Assembly: GCA_026770705.1 (NCBI GenBank)
Contig: JANJGN010000546.1
Span: 248,001-312,000, forward strand
Source of the DNA: Isurus oxyrinchus
Lineage: Eukaryota
Reading direction: 5' to 3'
Length of the DNA: 64,000 nucleotides
The notes under the pieces are model-generated. The model saw only the letters and a program-made list of their open reading frames with translations, was not told where the DNA came from and did no database searches. The number at the start of each line of letters is the position of its first letter. Within the stretch, counting starts at the first letter, position 1. A program made the position numbers and the translations under genes. Positions 35,785-47,234 of the stretch are shown piece by piece.

Positions 35785-36612
35785 AGCACACACAAACACA
35801 CATACACACACACGTGTCAGCTCCCTCTCCTCTCTCAGTGCTGCACTCGAGTCTCGGTAGCAGCTCTGATTCTGTGTTGAAGGAAGGTAAACTCCAGATC
35901 ATCAAGACACTGAATTGGATGGAGCAACCTCCTGAACAGTGAATTGTAGGTTTATCACCCAATACCCCATTATTCCAAAGCAATTCCTCCATGGTGAAAT
36001 CTCCGTGAACATCCTGATCATGTGAAAGACACTTTCTTTTCTTCTAGCCCGACAGTGTCTCCTCTGGTGGAAGGCTGTAATTACAACGTGACAGTTTACA
36101 TATCCACACGCAGCAAGAGCTGAACAACACTCAGCTTGGGCTGAGAAATGACAAGTAACGTTCACACCACACAAGCACCAGGCAGTGATCATCTCCAACA
36201 AGAGAGAATCTAACCATCTCCCCTTGATATTCAATCACTTTCACATCGCTGAATCCCCCACAATCCACATCCTGGGGGATGTTAACCAAACAACTAACTG
36301 GACCGGCCATAAATACTGTGGCTACAGGAGCCGGTCAGAGGCTGGGAATCCTCTGGAGGTGAAAAACTCACCACCACCTCCTCAAGGGCAATTAGGGATG
36401 GGTAATAAATGCTGGTCTAGATAGATACATCCACTTCCCATGAATATGCAAAAAGGAACACACTGGCAGTGTCTGTTACAAATGGTGACATAGAAAATCA
36501 TAATGGGGAAAGAAGCCTTGACATGCACACAGACACCAGATGGAGAGAGATGATACCTGGAGTCTTGCTGTGCACTGTGTTTGCTCACAATGAAACCTTT
36601 ATTTGTATTTAG

Positions 36613-36894
36613 ATGCACCACGGAACCCATCAATTACTTCTCTTGATATGATTAACGCTTCATCGATCAATATCATTGAGGGGAATTCTGCAGTGATAAT
36701 CTGCTCTGTCGAGAGCTTCCCAGCTTCTAACCTGACGTGGCGACATCTTAATGTTCCAATGAACAGAACAAGTTCCAACAATGAGCTGTGGTTGGTGATT
36801 CCTCACGTTACATCCAGGGACACTGGAGACTATCAGTGTGTGGCAGAGAATGAACATGGAGCAGTGGAGGGGTTCATAACCATCACTGTGGAAT
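36613..36894 (+). CDS. Gene B, C2/I-set exon 3 (tandem duplicate of exon 2)
   Basis: tatttag|AT and GAAT|gtgagt; 282 nt. Near-identical to 35423-35704 and 2499-2780. Confidence 0.9.
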
Positions 36895-37214
36895 GTGAGT
36901 GTGGAGATACATTTGTTTGTTTGTTGTCTCCGTGGTCTCCGTGGAGCCATTGGGATCGTGTTGTTTTTAATCCAGTTTTCTTCAATCCTCGCTCAGTCCA
37001 CGTTATCCACACACCCAATTTTTCACTCTCCCTTTCTGTTTTTGCTCTCAGTTTCTCCTTCAATGGTTGTCAGGACAAGGCTGTCAGGTCTTCGTTTCCA
37101 ATCTCCGTACTTGAAGACCTTTCTCTCTCTAACTGTCCTGAACAACCCTTTTAATTGCTGAACGTCTCCTCTTGATCTAAGCCACTCATTGGTCTTTCTG
37201 TCCATCCAGCTGAT

Positions 37215-38440
37215 TCTGAGCATCTGGCAGCATCTGTGGAGAGAAAGACAGGGTTAGCGTTTGGAGTCCGTATGACTCCTCTTCAGAGCTAAAGGGAAGT
37301 AGACATGTGGTGAAATATATCCTGTCTAAGGGGGGGCGATGGGACAGGTGGAGCTGGATAGAAAACCAGCGATAGGTGGAGGCAATGGAGAGATTGTGGA
37401 AGATGTCATAAACAAAAGGTCAAAGGGTTGTTAACAGTGGTGGTATTGGATAAAGGAGGTGCTAATGGTGACATTAAGCAGAGTGTGATAATGGGCGGAC
37501 CAGGGTAAGCACTCTGGAAAGAGACAGATGGCCCTCGTGGGGGTGTGGCAGGGGGAGGGGACGGTGGAGGGAATAAAGATCGAAAATAGACTAAAATCTG
37601 TGGATAAAACAATCAATAAAAATGGAAATGAATTTCAAATAATAATAATAAAAATAAGTGGAAAACAGTCAACAAATAAAACAATTAAAATGAATACATA
37701 AAAAAGGGTTCAAAAAGCAGTGAAGATCGAGGAGAGAGTTCTGAAATTGTTGAACTCAATATTCAGACCGGAAGGCTGTAAAGTGCCAGGTCGGAAGATG
37801 AGGTGTTGTTCCTCCAGTTTGCGTTGGGCTTCACTGGAACAATGCAGCAGGCCAAGGACGGACATGTGGGCATGAGAGCAGGGTGGAGGGTTAAAATGGC
37901 AAGCGACAGGGAGGTCTGGGTCATGCTTGTGGACAGACCGAAGGTGTTCATCAGAGCGATCACCCAGTCTGTGTTTGGTGTCTCCAATGTAGAGGAAACC
38001 ACACTGGGAGCAGTGAATGCAGTAGATTAAATTGAAGGAAGTCTGCATGAAGCGCTGCTTCACCTGGAAGGAGTGTTTGGGTCATTGGACAGTGAGGGGG
38101 GAGGAAGTAAAGGGGCAGGTGTTGCACCTTCTGCAAATGCATGGGAAGATGTCATCGGAGAGGGTTGAGGTGCTAGGGGTGATGGAGGAGTGGACCAGGG
38201 TGTCCTGGAGGGAATGATCCCTATGGAATGCCAACATGGGGGGGGTGGGGGGGGGCGGATGTAGTGAAGGGAAGATGTGTTTGGTGGTGGCATCATGCTG
38301 GAGTTGGCGGAAATGGCGGAGAATGATCCTTTGAATGAGGAAGCTGGTGGGGTGAAAAGTGAAGACAGGAGGGACCCTTACATTGCTCTGGGAGGGAGAG
38401 GAATTTGCAAGGGGGGATGCGCGGGAGATACACAATCTCC
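37215..38440 (-). mobile_element. Penelope-like element 3' part (GIY-YIG endonuclease)
   Basis: NLIYCIHCSQCGFLYIGDTKHRLGDRSDEHLRSV...RKLEEQHLIFRPGTLQPSGLNIEF. Confidence 0.88.
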
Positions 38441-38757
38441 AACTCTTTCTCAACCATTAAGATGCTCCTTAAAACCATTAAGACACACCGTTAAAACCTC
38501 CTGCTTTCAGCGAGCTTTTGCTCACCTCTCCTAATGTCTCCTAATGTGACTCGGGGTCAGATTTTGTCCGAAGGAGGTGAGAGATGATGGAGGGAATTCC
38601 AGAGGTTAGGGTCCAGGCAGCTGAAGGCACGGCCGCCAATGGTGGAGAGATGGGAATGGGAGAATGTGCAAGGGGTCGGAATTGGAGGAGCGCAGAGATT
38701 TCGGAGAGCTGTGGGGTGTGGGGATTACCTGCTGATTGTTCTCTGTCTTTGTTCCAG

Positions 38758-39033
38758 ATCCCCCACAGGAGACGATGGTGTCCATCAGCAGATCCTCAGG
38801 TGGGATAAGAGAGGGAAGCAATATCACATTAACCTGCTCCAGTGAAAGTGTCCCTCCGATATCTCATTACACTTGGTTCAGGATCGAGGGGAACACCAGC
38901 ACCCAGTTAAACACAAGTAGCCGCACTCTCTCCTTCACTCCTGTAACACGGGAGAATGATGCAGGTTTCTACTGCACAGCGAGGAACCCAGTGGGTAACA
39001 GCACCTCCAACATCACCCACCTGAACGTACAAT
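38758..39033 (+). CDS. Gene B, C2-set exon 4 (CD22-like)
   Basis: ttccag|AT and CAAT|gtaagc; 276 nt. YPPQETMVSI...IREGSNITLTCSSESVPPISHYTWF...DAGFYCTARNPVG. Confidence 0.9.
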
Positions 39034-40061
39034 GTAAGCATTTTACTCCCCCTGTCTCTGCTTAAAACTCAAACACTTTCTGTCTGAGGGCAGCTTCCTT
39101 GCTGTGGTTTAGCATAACTAGCATCACCTCCCTGCTTTTTTCACCCTGCGCCTCTCCGAGATACATAAGGAGATATCAGAACAGGGACTGAAAGCTCAGA
39201 GAAAGAGGCCAGATTTTAAGGAGTGTCTGAAATGAGGAGAGAGATAGACATGGAGAGGTTTACGGTGGGAATTCTAGAGCTCGGGGCCCAGGCAGCTGAA
39301 GGCACGGCCGCCAATGGTGGAGCGATAGGAATCGGGGGATGGTCAAGAGGCCGGAATTGGAGGAGCGCAGAGATCTCGGAGGGATGTAGATGCTGGAGGA
39401 GGTTACAGAGATAGGGATGGTTGCAGAGGCTGGAGGAGGTTACAGATAGGGAAGTGTGTAGGGACTGGAGGAGGTTACAGAGATAGGGAGGGTTGTGGGG
39501 TCTGGAGGAGGTTACAGAGATAGGGAGGGTTGTGATGGCTGGAGGAGGTAACAGAGATAGGGAGGGTTATAGGGGCTGGAGGAGGTAACAGAGATAGGGA
39601 GGGTTGTAGATGCTGTAGGAGGTAACAGAGATAGGGAGGGTTGTGGGGTCTGGAGGAGGTTACAGAGATAGGGAGGGTTGAAGGGGCTGGAGGAGGTTAC
39701 AGAGATAGGGAGGGTTGTAGATGCTGGAGGAGGTAACAGAGATAGGGAGGGAGTAAGGAGGAATTTGAAACGATGTAAATTTTAAAATTGTGGCATTGTC
39801 GGACCGGGAGCCAGTGTAGCTCAGTGACCAACAGGGAGTGATGTGTGAACGGGACTCGGTGTGAGTTAGGACATGGGGACAGCAGAGTTTGGGATGAGCT
39901 GATGTTTCCGGAGAGTGGAAGATGGGAGGTCGGGCAGGAGAGTGTTGGGATAGTCGAGTGCGGAGGTAACAAAGGCAGGAATGAGTGTTTCAGTGTTAAG
40001 ATTCTATCTTACGCTCTAACTTTGCTATGAAGTTGTCTCATTGTTGTCCTTCCCTCCTCAG

Positions 40062-40355
40062 ATAAGCCGGAGATTTCCCAGCAGTTGGAGTGCACTCGGA
40101 GGTCAGAGGGGGTCACCTGCGTCTGTGTGGCCAACTCCAACCCACCCGGAGACCTCACCTGGCACCTGCCCAGTGCCAACATCAGTGGTAACCAAACACA
40201 CGGAGGTTTTGTGTCGTGGCAGGTCAGAGATGGGCATCTGGTGACTGGTTCCCTCACCCTGATGAGACCCCAGGATGAGGGGGGAGTGATGGCATCCTGC
40301 TCGGTTCAAAACCCACACGGGGAAGCCATGTTCAAGGTTTATCTGTGGGTCAAAG
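40062..40355 (+). CDS. Gene B, membrane-proximal Ig exon 5 (MAG domain-5 / CD33-related type)
   Basis: cctcag|AT and AAAG|gtgaca; 294 nt. YKPEISQQLECTRRSEGVTCVCVANSNPPGDLTWHLP...ASCSVQNPHG. The C-x8-CxC-x3-S-x-P pattern is characteristic of this Siglec domain. Confidence 0.88.
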
Positions 40356-40704
40356 GTGACAGAATCGCTCAGGATCGATCTCCACTCAGCTGGATTGATC
40401 CCTAAACTCGAGAATTCCCTCCCTCAACCTCTCCACCTCTCTCTCTACCTCCTCTAAGATGCTCTTTACAACTGACCCCTTTGACCAAGCTTTGAATCGT
40501 CTGACCTCATGTGACAATGGCAACACTTGGTCAAATTGGAGCCAGGCCGTTCAGGGGGTGATGTCAGGAAGCACTTCTTCACACAAAGGGGAGTGGAAAT
40601 CTGGAACCCTCTCCCCCAGATAAGCTGCTTCATTGGGTGCAAGACAGAAAGCTTTGACAAAATGTCCTTTCTCAGCAATACTCAGGTTCTCCTCCCAAAC
40701 GACT

Positions 40705-40890
40705 AAATATTATATATAAACATTACATAGATTACATCGAGAAACATTATATATAAATATTACATAGATTACATTGATAAATATTATATATAAATGTTAC
40801 ATAGATTACATTGATAAATATTATATATAAATGTTACATAGATTACATTGATAAATATTATATATAAATGTTACATAGATTACGTTGAGA
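40705..40890 (+). repeat. 37-nt AT-rich minisatellite (aaatattatatataaatgttacatagattacattgat), ~5 copies
   Basis: Direct repeats visible in the sequence. Confidence 0.9.
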
Positions 40891-41313
40891 AACGCAACAG
40901 CTGATTTGTGCAGAGCAAGATCCCACAAACAACAGTGTGAAGATGAGGTGATAAATGATTATTTTAGTGATGTTAGTTGATACATATATATAGAAATTAA
41001 AGATATAATTACAAATTTAGTGAGGGAAACCTGTCCATTTTAACAGGTCTGGGTGTATATGTGACTCCAGTCTCAGACACCAACATGGTTAACTCTTACC
41101 TGCCCTCTGAACTGGTCTCCCAGTTTGGGACAAACCAGTGGTTCAGGAGGAAGACCCCCCACCACCTTCTCAAGGGGAAACTAGGGATGGACAATAAATG
41201 TCAGCATTGCCCGAGAATGAGTATTTAAACACTGAGTGAGTGTATCGCTTCTCGAGATACATCGGAGCATCATTGTAAACCTGTAGTGCAGTAATTAATG
41301 GCTGTTTTTACAG

Positions 41314-41410
41314 GTAGAGACTCCAGTAAATGGACAGTAGGATTGTTCACGGCTGGGATCATGTTGAGTGTTTTCCTGGCTGGAATCTTCATCTTCATCT
41401 GTGTGAGAAA
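41314..41410 (+). CDS. Gene B, transmembrane exon
   Basis: tttacag|GT and AGAAA|gtaagt; 97 nt, phase 1-2. GRDSSKWTVGLFTAGIMLSVFLAGIFIFICVRK, with an uncharged core. Confidence 0.9.
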
Positions 41411-42287
41411 GTAAGTCTGAAGATTTAACTTGATTTTAATATAAACATTTGCTTCAATGTTCTTTCCTTAAGTCGGTGATTGTTTCCCTTGGGATCAGCA
41501 CCAGTTCCCTCTCTGTAAGTGATCCCTGTGTCCACTCTGATCCGGAGAGAACCTTTCATTGTCCTGTATCCAGGTAAACAATCACGAGACCCAGAGATTC
41601 CTCACTCTGCACGATTACTCCGGGATAAATATTTGCTTCAATGTTCTTTCCTGAAGTCGGTGATTGTTTCCCTTGTGTTAAGCGCCAGATGCCTCTCCCT
41701 AACTGGTCTCTTTGTCCCTTACGATCCAGACAGTGTTTTTCATTGCCCGTTATCCAGATGAATAATAATCAGTTGCTGTGATCTGGAAGGCGCTGCCTGA
41801 AAGGGCGCTGGAAGCAGATTTAATAGGATCTTTCAAAAGGGGAATTGGATAAATACTTGAAGGGGGAACATTTGAAGGGCTATGGGGGGAAGAGCAGGGG
41901 TGGAGGGGGGGTAAAAGATATGGCGTGTTATTATAATGATATTATACCTTAGGCTTATTTACTGTACAAGAAACAAAGCACCAATCGCTCACAGGGTTTG
42001 GGTGAGAATGTTGTCGGTTTGTTTATCAGGACTCGGCACGAGAACGGTTATACATACGGATAAAGATTGAAGGCATCAGAGCCGTGAGTGTGTGTTCTGC
42101 TCAAAGCAAAAGTCAAACTAAGATTGGATCACATGACACACTTCCATTATAGTGATGTCACGCTGATATCCCTTATTGGAACTAGAGACAGTCCAGTCGT
42201 TGGTGTAAGGTTACAGTGGGCTCTGTGTCTGTGCTGCACTGACTCTCTGCTATATGATAACCACAGTGTGATATTGTGTTATTGCAG

Positions 42288-42369
42288 GAGAAAGACAGCG
42301 ATGGAGGAGAGAGTTTCAGGGACCAGTGACATTGCATTGACCCCCAGGTCACTCTCTGTGAAGCACCAG
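42288..42369 (+). CDS. Gene B, cytoplasmic exon 1
   Basis: attgcag|G and CAG|gtacag; 82 nt, phase 2-0. RKTAMEERVSGTSDIALTPRSLSVKHQ. Confidence 0.8.
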
Positions 42370-43116
42370 GTACAGGAGCTGTTTACACTCACTTCAAAGC
42401 TTCAACCTCAGTGTGTCGACAACACGTATACCAGATTCTCAGCCGGGTTACACATAGATATCTCCCTGTGAAGCAATGGCTCAGTGGTCAGCACTGTCTC
42501 TCGCTCCCAGCCTCTGTCACCCTCCATCACTCGCTCTTTGACCAGAAACCTGAACACAAGGCACCTGATGTCAGTAGTGAGGGAGTGCTGCACTGCCAGA
42601 GGGTCAGTATTGAGGGAGTGCTGCGCTGTCAGAGGGTCAGTACTGAGGGAGTGCTGCCCTGTCAGAGGGTCAGTACTGAGGGAGTGCGGCACTGTCAGAG
42701 GGTCAGTACTGAGTGAGTGCTGCACTGTCAGAGGGTCAGTACTGAGGGAGTGCTGCACTGTCAGAGGGTCAGTATTGAGGGAGTGCTGCACTGTCAGAGG
42801 GTCATTACTGAGGGATTGCTGGACTGTCAGAGGGTCAGTACTGAGGGAGTGCTGCACTGTCAGAGGGTCAGTATTGAGGGAGTGCTGCACTGTCAGAGGG
42901 TCAGTACTGAGGGAGTGCTGCACTGTTGGAGTGTGATAGAGATTAAATTATAAAGAGAGAGAGAAAGCGAGAGAGAAAGAGAGACAGAGAAAGAGAGGGA
43001 AAAAAAGGGTTAAACCCACTGAGACACGACTGACACTAATGAGGCTGCACAATAATTTAACCCTATCAGTGCCAGTAAATGATGTGAGGATGTCTTCTGT
43101 TTCCATTTCTCTGTAG

Positions 43117-43365
43117 GGTAAACAGAACGTGCTGATTACTGAGCCCCAGAACACAACCAGAGACACAGCTAGCGAGGGGGAGACCCCAGCTCCCTGGGAT
43201 CTCTCTGAAGGTCCAGTGGGAGGCGATGTTGGACATGGGAACCCCGACAATACCGACGAGCTTCTCTACGCCAACATCAACTTTTCAAAGCTGCCCAGCG
43301 GTGACAGGACTGTGCACAGGAGCGAGGACACGGAATACGCACAGATCAGGTTCCAGAAAAACTGA
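43117..43365 (+). CDS. Gene B, terminal exon with ITIM and ITIM-like/ITSM-like motif
   Basis: ctctgtag|GGT; GKQNVLITEP...TDELLYANINFSKLP...SEDTEYAQIRFQKN followed by TGA. Confidence 0.9.
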   Translation, partial: GKQNVLITEPQNTTRDTASEGETPAPWDLSEGPVGGDVGHGNPDNTDELLYANINFSKLPSGDRTVHRSEDTEYAQIRFQKN

Positions 43366-43549
43366 GTGTGAAACAGGGAGCGGGGCTGTGGGGTGTGTGC
43401 AGCCAACATGGCCAAATAGTAATGAACACAAATATGATGTTGCTCAACTTTTTTATTGGCTCTGAGTGAGCTTTCTGAATGCTGCACCTTTTTCCATGCT
43501 GTAAAAGATTGCGAGATGCTTATGGGTTATGTATAATTTTACATCTGTT

Positions 43550-45630
43550 AATACAAGGTGAGGTGAGAGTGACTGCCCTTAACATTAAGGCTGCATTTGA
43601 CCGAGTGTGGCCTCTAGGAGCCCGATCATAACTGCAATCAATGGGAATCAGGGGTGGTACGAAAGTATAATAATTTGCATACTATTCTCCTGGTTTGTTG
43701 TAAACTAGGTTTATGGGTGTGAGTGTAGATGGGTCTGTCTGTGTGGCTTAATTACATCTGGAGTCAGGTAGACTTCAAGCTTGAGATTATCAAAAGAAGC
43801 TGGATGTAGAAATGTACTTGAAATGCTAATGAGAACACATGGAGGCTGTGTTAGCATGTAAGGTGTGAAGGGGTTGTTTAGATTTCAAAGGGATGTTGGT
43901 CTGTTTAGGACAAGCCCAATAAGCAAAGCTAAGGAGTTTTTTTTTTAAATTTTACCCAAACTTCATTGACAATATTGGCAGCATGACAGTTTATATTATG
44001 GGAAAGGTGCAGTTCCAAAGAATTTACACATCAAAGAGAGAGAAACATGTATAAAGGAGAATGAAAGGCTATGTTGGGGGCCATGTAAGATCTAACAGGA
44101 GTGTGTGAAACAGGCTTGAAGAAGCCTCCAGGCATTTGTGCATAAGTCTGTTATGTTCAGTAAATAAAGTTGGAGAAACCCATTTAGAATTCCAGTGTCA
44201 AGTGTGTGCTGTGTTAACTCGCTGGATTTGTTTTTAATCTAAAATCTTATTTTGGACTGTTGCCTTAAACAGGCTCTGTAACTGGGAGTCAGGTTAATTA
44301 GGAATTTGAGAATATATTTCAGCTGTAACTAACCGTGGTATTATATATGTGCTTGAAATCTTTTATTTTGTTAATAAATATCTTAATCGAATTTTTTAAA
44401 TCTCTGAAGGTTGTGGTCAACTCATTACTCCTGAATTCAGTGCACGCTTCTTGTAATAAATACAAATTGCAAAACTATTGTGATAGCATGACCAATTTTC
44501 CCTTGTGGATTTGGAGCACCAAGCACACATCATCTGCCATGTCATGTCACAGGGAAAACTCTCCACTCGTTGGATTCATACCAAGTACAAAGGAAGGTGG
44601 TTGTGGTTGTTGGAGGTCAGTCATCTCAGTTCCAGGACATCACCGCAGGAGTTCCTCAGGGTAGTGTCCTAGGCCCAACCATCTTCAGCTGCTTCATCAA
44701 TGACATTCATTCTATCAGATGGTCAGAATTATGGAAGGTCGCTGATGATTGCACAACGTTCAACATCATTCATGACTCATCAGATGCTGAAGCAGTCCAT
44801 GTCCAAATGCAGCAAGACCTTGACAATATCCAGGCTTGGCCTGACAAGTGGCAAGTAACATTCATGCCACACAAGTGCCAGGCAATGACCATCTCCAACC
44901 AGAGAGAATATATCCATCTCCCCTTAATGTCCAATGGCATCACCATTGCTGAATCCCCCACAATCAACACGCTGGGGGTTAACGTTGACCAGAAACTGAA
45001 CTGGACTAGCCATATAAACACTGTGACTACAAGAGCAGGCCAGAGGCTGGGAATCCTGTGGTGAGTAACTCACCTCCTGACTCCCCAAAGCCTGTCCACC
45101 AACCTCAAGGCACAGGTCACAAGTGATGGAATACTCTCCACTTTCCTAGATGAGTGCAGCTCCAACAACACTCAAGAAGCTCGACACCGTCCAGGACAAA
45201 GCAGCCCCGCTTGATTTGCACCCCATCCACAAACATTCTCTCCCTCCACAACTGACGTACTGTGGCAGCAGGGTGTATACCATCTACAAGATGCAACGTA
45301 GGGATTCACCAAGCCTCCTTAGACAGCACCTTCCAAACACATGATCACTACCATCTCGAAGGACAAGGGCAGCAGACACATGGGAACACCACCACCTGGA
45401 AGTTCCCCTCCAAGTCACTCACCATCCTGACTTGGAAATATATCACCGTTCCTTCACTGTCGCTGGGTCAGAATCCTGCAACTCCCTCCCAAACAGTTCT
45501 GTGGGTGTACATACACCACAGGGACTGCAGCAGCTCAAGAAGGCAGCTCACCCCCATATTCTCAAGGACAATTAGGGATGGGCAATAAATTCTGGCCTAG
45601 CCAGTGTCAGTGAATGAATACAAAAAAGAA
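43550..45630 (+). mobile_element. CR1-like LINE 3' half, split by a solo LTR
   Basis: VTALNIKAAFDRVW...QSMGIRG before the insert. GVPQGSVLGPTIFSCFIND...ADDCT...WQVTFMPHKCQAM after it, ending in an A-rich tail. Confidence 0.88.
43655..44551 (+). mobile_element. Solo LTR inserted in the LINE
   Basis: Begins TG, ends CA, has an internal AATAAA and gggg/ggga flanks. LINE coding resumes immediately after it. Confidence 0.75.
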
Positions 45631-46029
45631 TCAATTAAAGTGCCCTGACATTTCTGAACATTTTTATCAAATTAAATACGTACTCTAGTGAATAATTCCA
45701 TTCTCCAAGGCACCACTTCCTGTTGTCACATGTCCTTCTGATTATTTAAATTCCTGTGTCATTGGTAATGGAACATTCCCATGTAAACATGTCACACTGT
45801 AATTACAGCCTCCTGCCAGTGGTGGTGCTCTAGTGTCCTAGTTTTGCTTCTCAGAGACTGGAGGATCTCGATACATTGTGTTTACAATATGAGTAACACT
45901 CAGGGGTGACCAGGGGGATTCTTTTGGCCAAGTTTACGATGTTACTAAGATACAATGGCCCCGTAGGATTTTTCCTACTGCGTTTACAAGGTTGAATTGA
46001 AGAGATTTTTGAAGTGTCTGGCACAGTTT

Positions 46030-46250
46030 TACTAAGGTCCCCTCACATCCAATCTGGTGTCACTGGGTTCAGTTCTGGGTCCGGCACCTCAGGGAGGATA
46101 TATTGTCCTCGGAGGGGGTGCTGTGCAGAGTCACCAGGATGATCCCGGGGCTGAAAGGGTTAAATCCCGAGGACAGGTTGCACGGACCAGGCTTGTGTTC
46201 CCTCGAGTCTCAAAGATTAAGGGGTGATCTAATCGAGGGGTTTAAGATGA
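46030..46250 (+). mobile_element. CR1 LINE fragment
   Basis: RVTRMIPGLKGLNPEDRL...LRGDLIEGFKM. Confidence 0.75.
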
Positions 46251-46744
46251 GCCGTCTCTGTGACCTTCTTCAACCCTGTGAGTCAGCAATGACAACATGA
46301 GTTGATGTTAGCCTGATATGTAGTGCGTGGAGGGATATTACTCTCCAGGGTGTGTGTGCATCACAGTGCTCATTCACATGTGTTCCATGTGCACCTACAT
46401 CAGCTGTGTAGACATACAAGCCTCAATGCTGCATCCGGGGAATGTACCATGTCTCACACCTTAGCTGCAGCACGACCCTTCCCTTGGAGCTCTGTGTGCT
46501 CGAGACATATTTTGTTATTTTTTCCTGCCGTCTCTGTGTCCCCCGACCCGGGAGTGAAAATCCGGCCTTAACTTCCACTTTCTAGTGTCTGAGACAAGAG
46601 GCAATGAGTGAGTGGGCTGGCGGTCAGGATTAATGCTGTTAATCTGTGTTTGAGGGGCTGTGAATTCTCGGGGGACTAGTTACTCTCTGAGCAGCAGCTT
46701 CCAAATCCTTATTTGATGCCGTGCATGTGGGGTTGGAAGATTTT

Positions 46745-46850
46745 TTTTATAACCACAGGCAGTTCACAGAAACCCACAGGAAACCCACAGAGAGACAGTC
46801 ACTGGGATACACACTCACTCCTTGTGGTTTCACCTTTTAACCACATCCTG
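46745..46850. promoter_or_regulatory. Candidate haematopoietic enhancer (RUNX motif cluster)
   Basis: AACCACA at 46751 and 46839, TGTGGTT at 46823, two ACCCACA and a CAGGAAA within ~100 bp. Motif evidence only. Confidence 0.3.
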
Positions 46851-47234
46851 TCTGTGTGGCTTAAATGTTAAACACAGCGGCCACACTCAGGGAGGTTTCA
46901 CTCTGTGAAGCGCTTGCTCTCTCTCTCAGAAACACACACACACAGACACAGACATACACACATACACATTCACACACACACACTCACACACACACAGACA
47001 CACACATACATACATACTCACATACACAGACACACCCACTCACACACACACAGACACACACACACACTCTCACTCACACACATACAGACATGCACACACA
47101 CATACACAAACACACATACACACGCTCACACACTTAGAGACAGACACAAACACACTCACATTCTCACACACACAGACTCACTCACACACACACAAACACA
47201 GACAAACACACACACAAATATCCTGACAGCAAAC

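Noticed and set aside
354-43365. Assigning a specific gene symbol (CD22, MAG, CD33, SIGLEC1, SIGLEC15)
   Set aside because: Features are mosaic and orthology cannot be established without a phylogeny.
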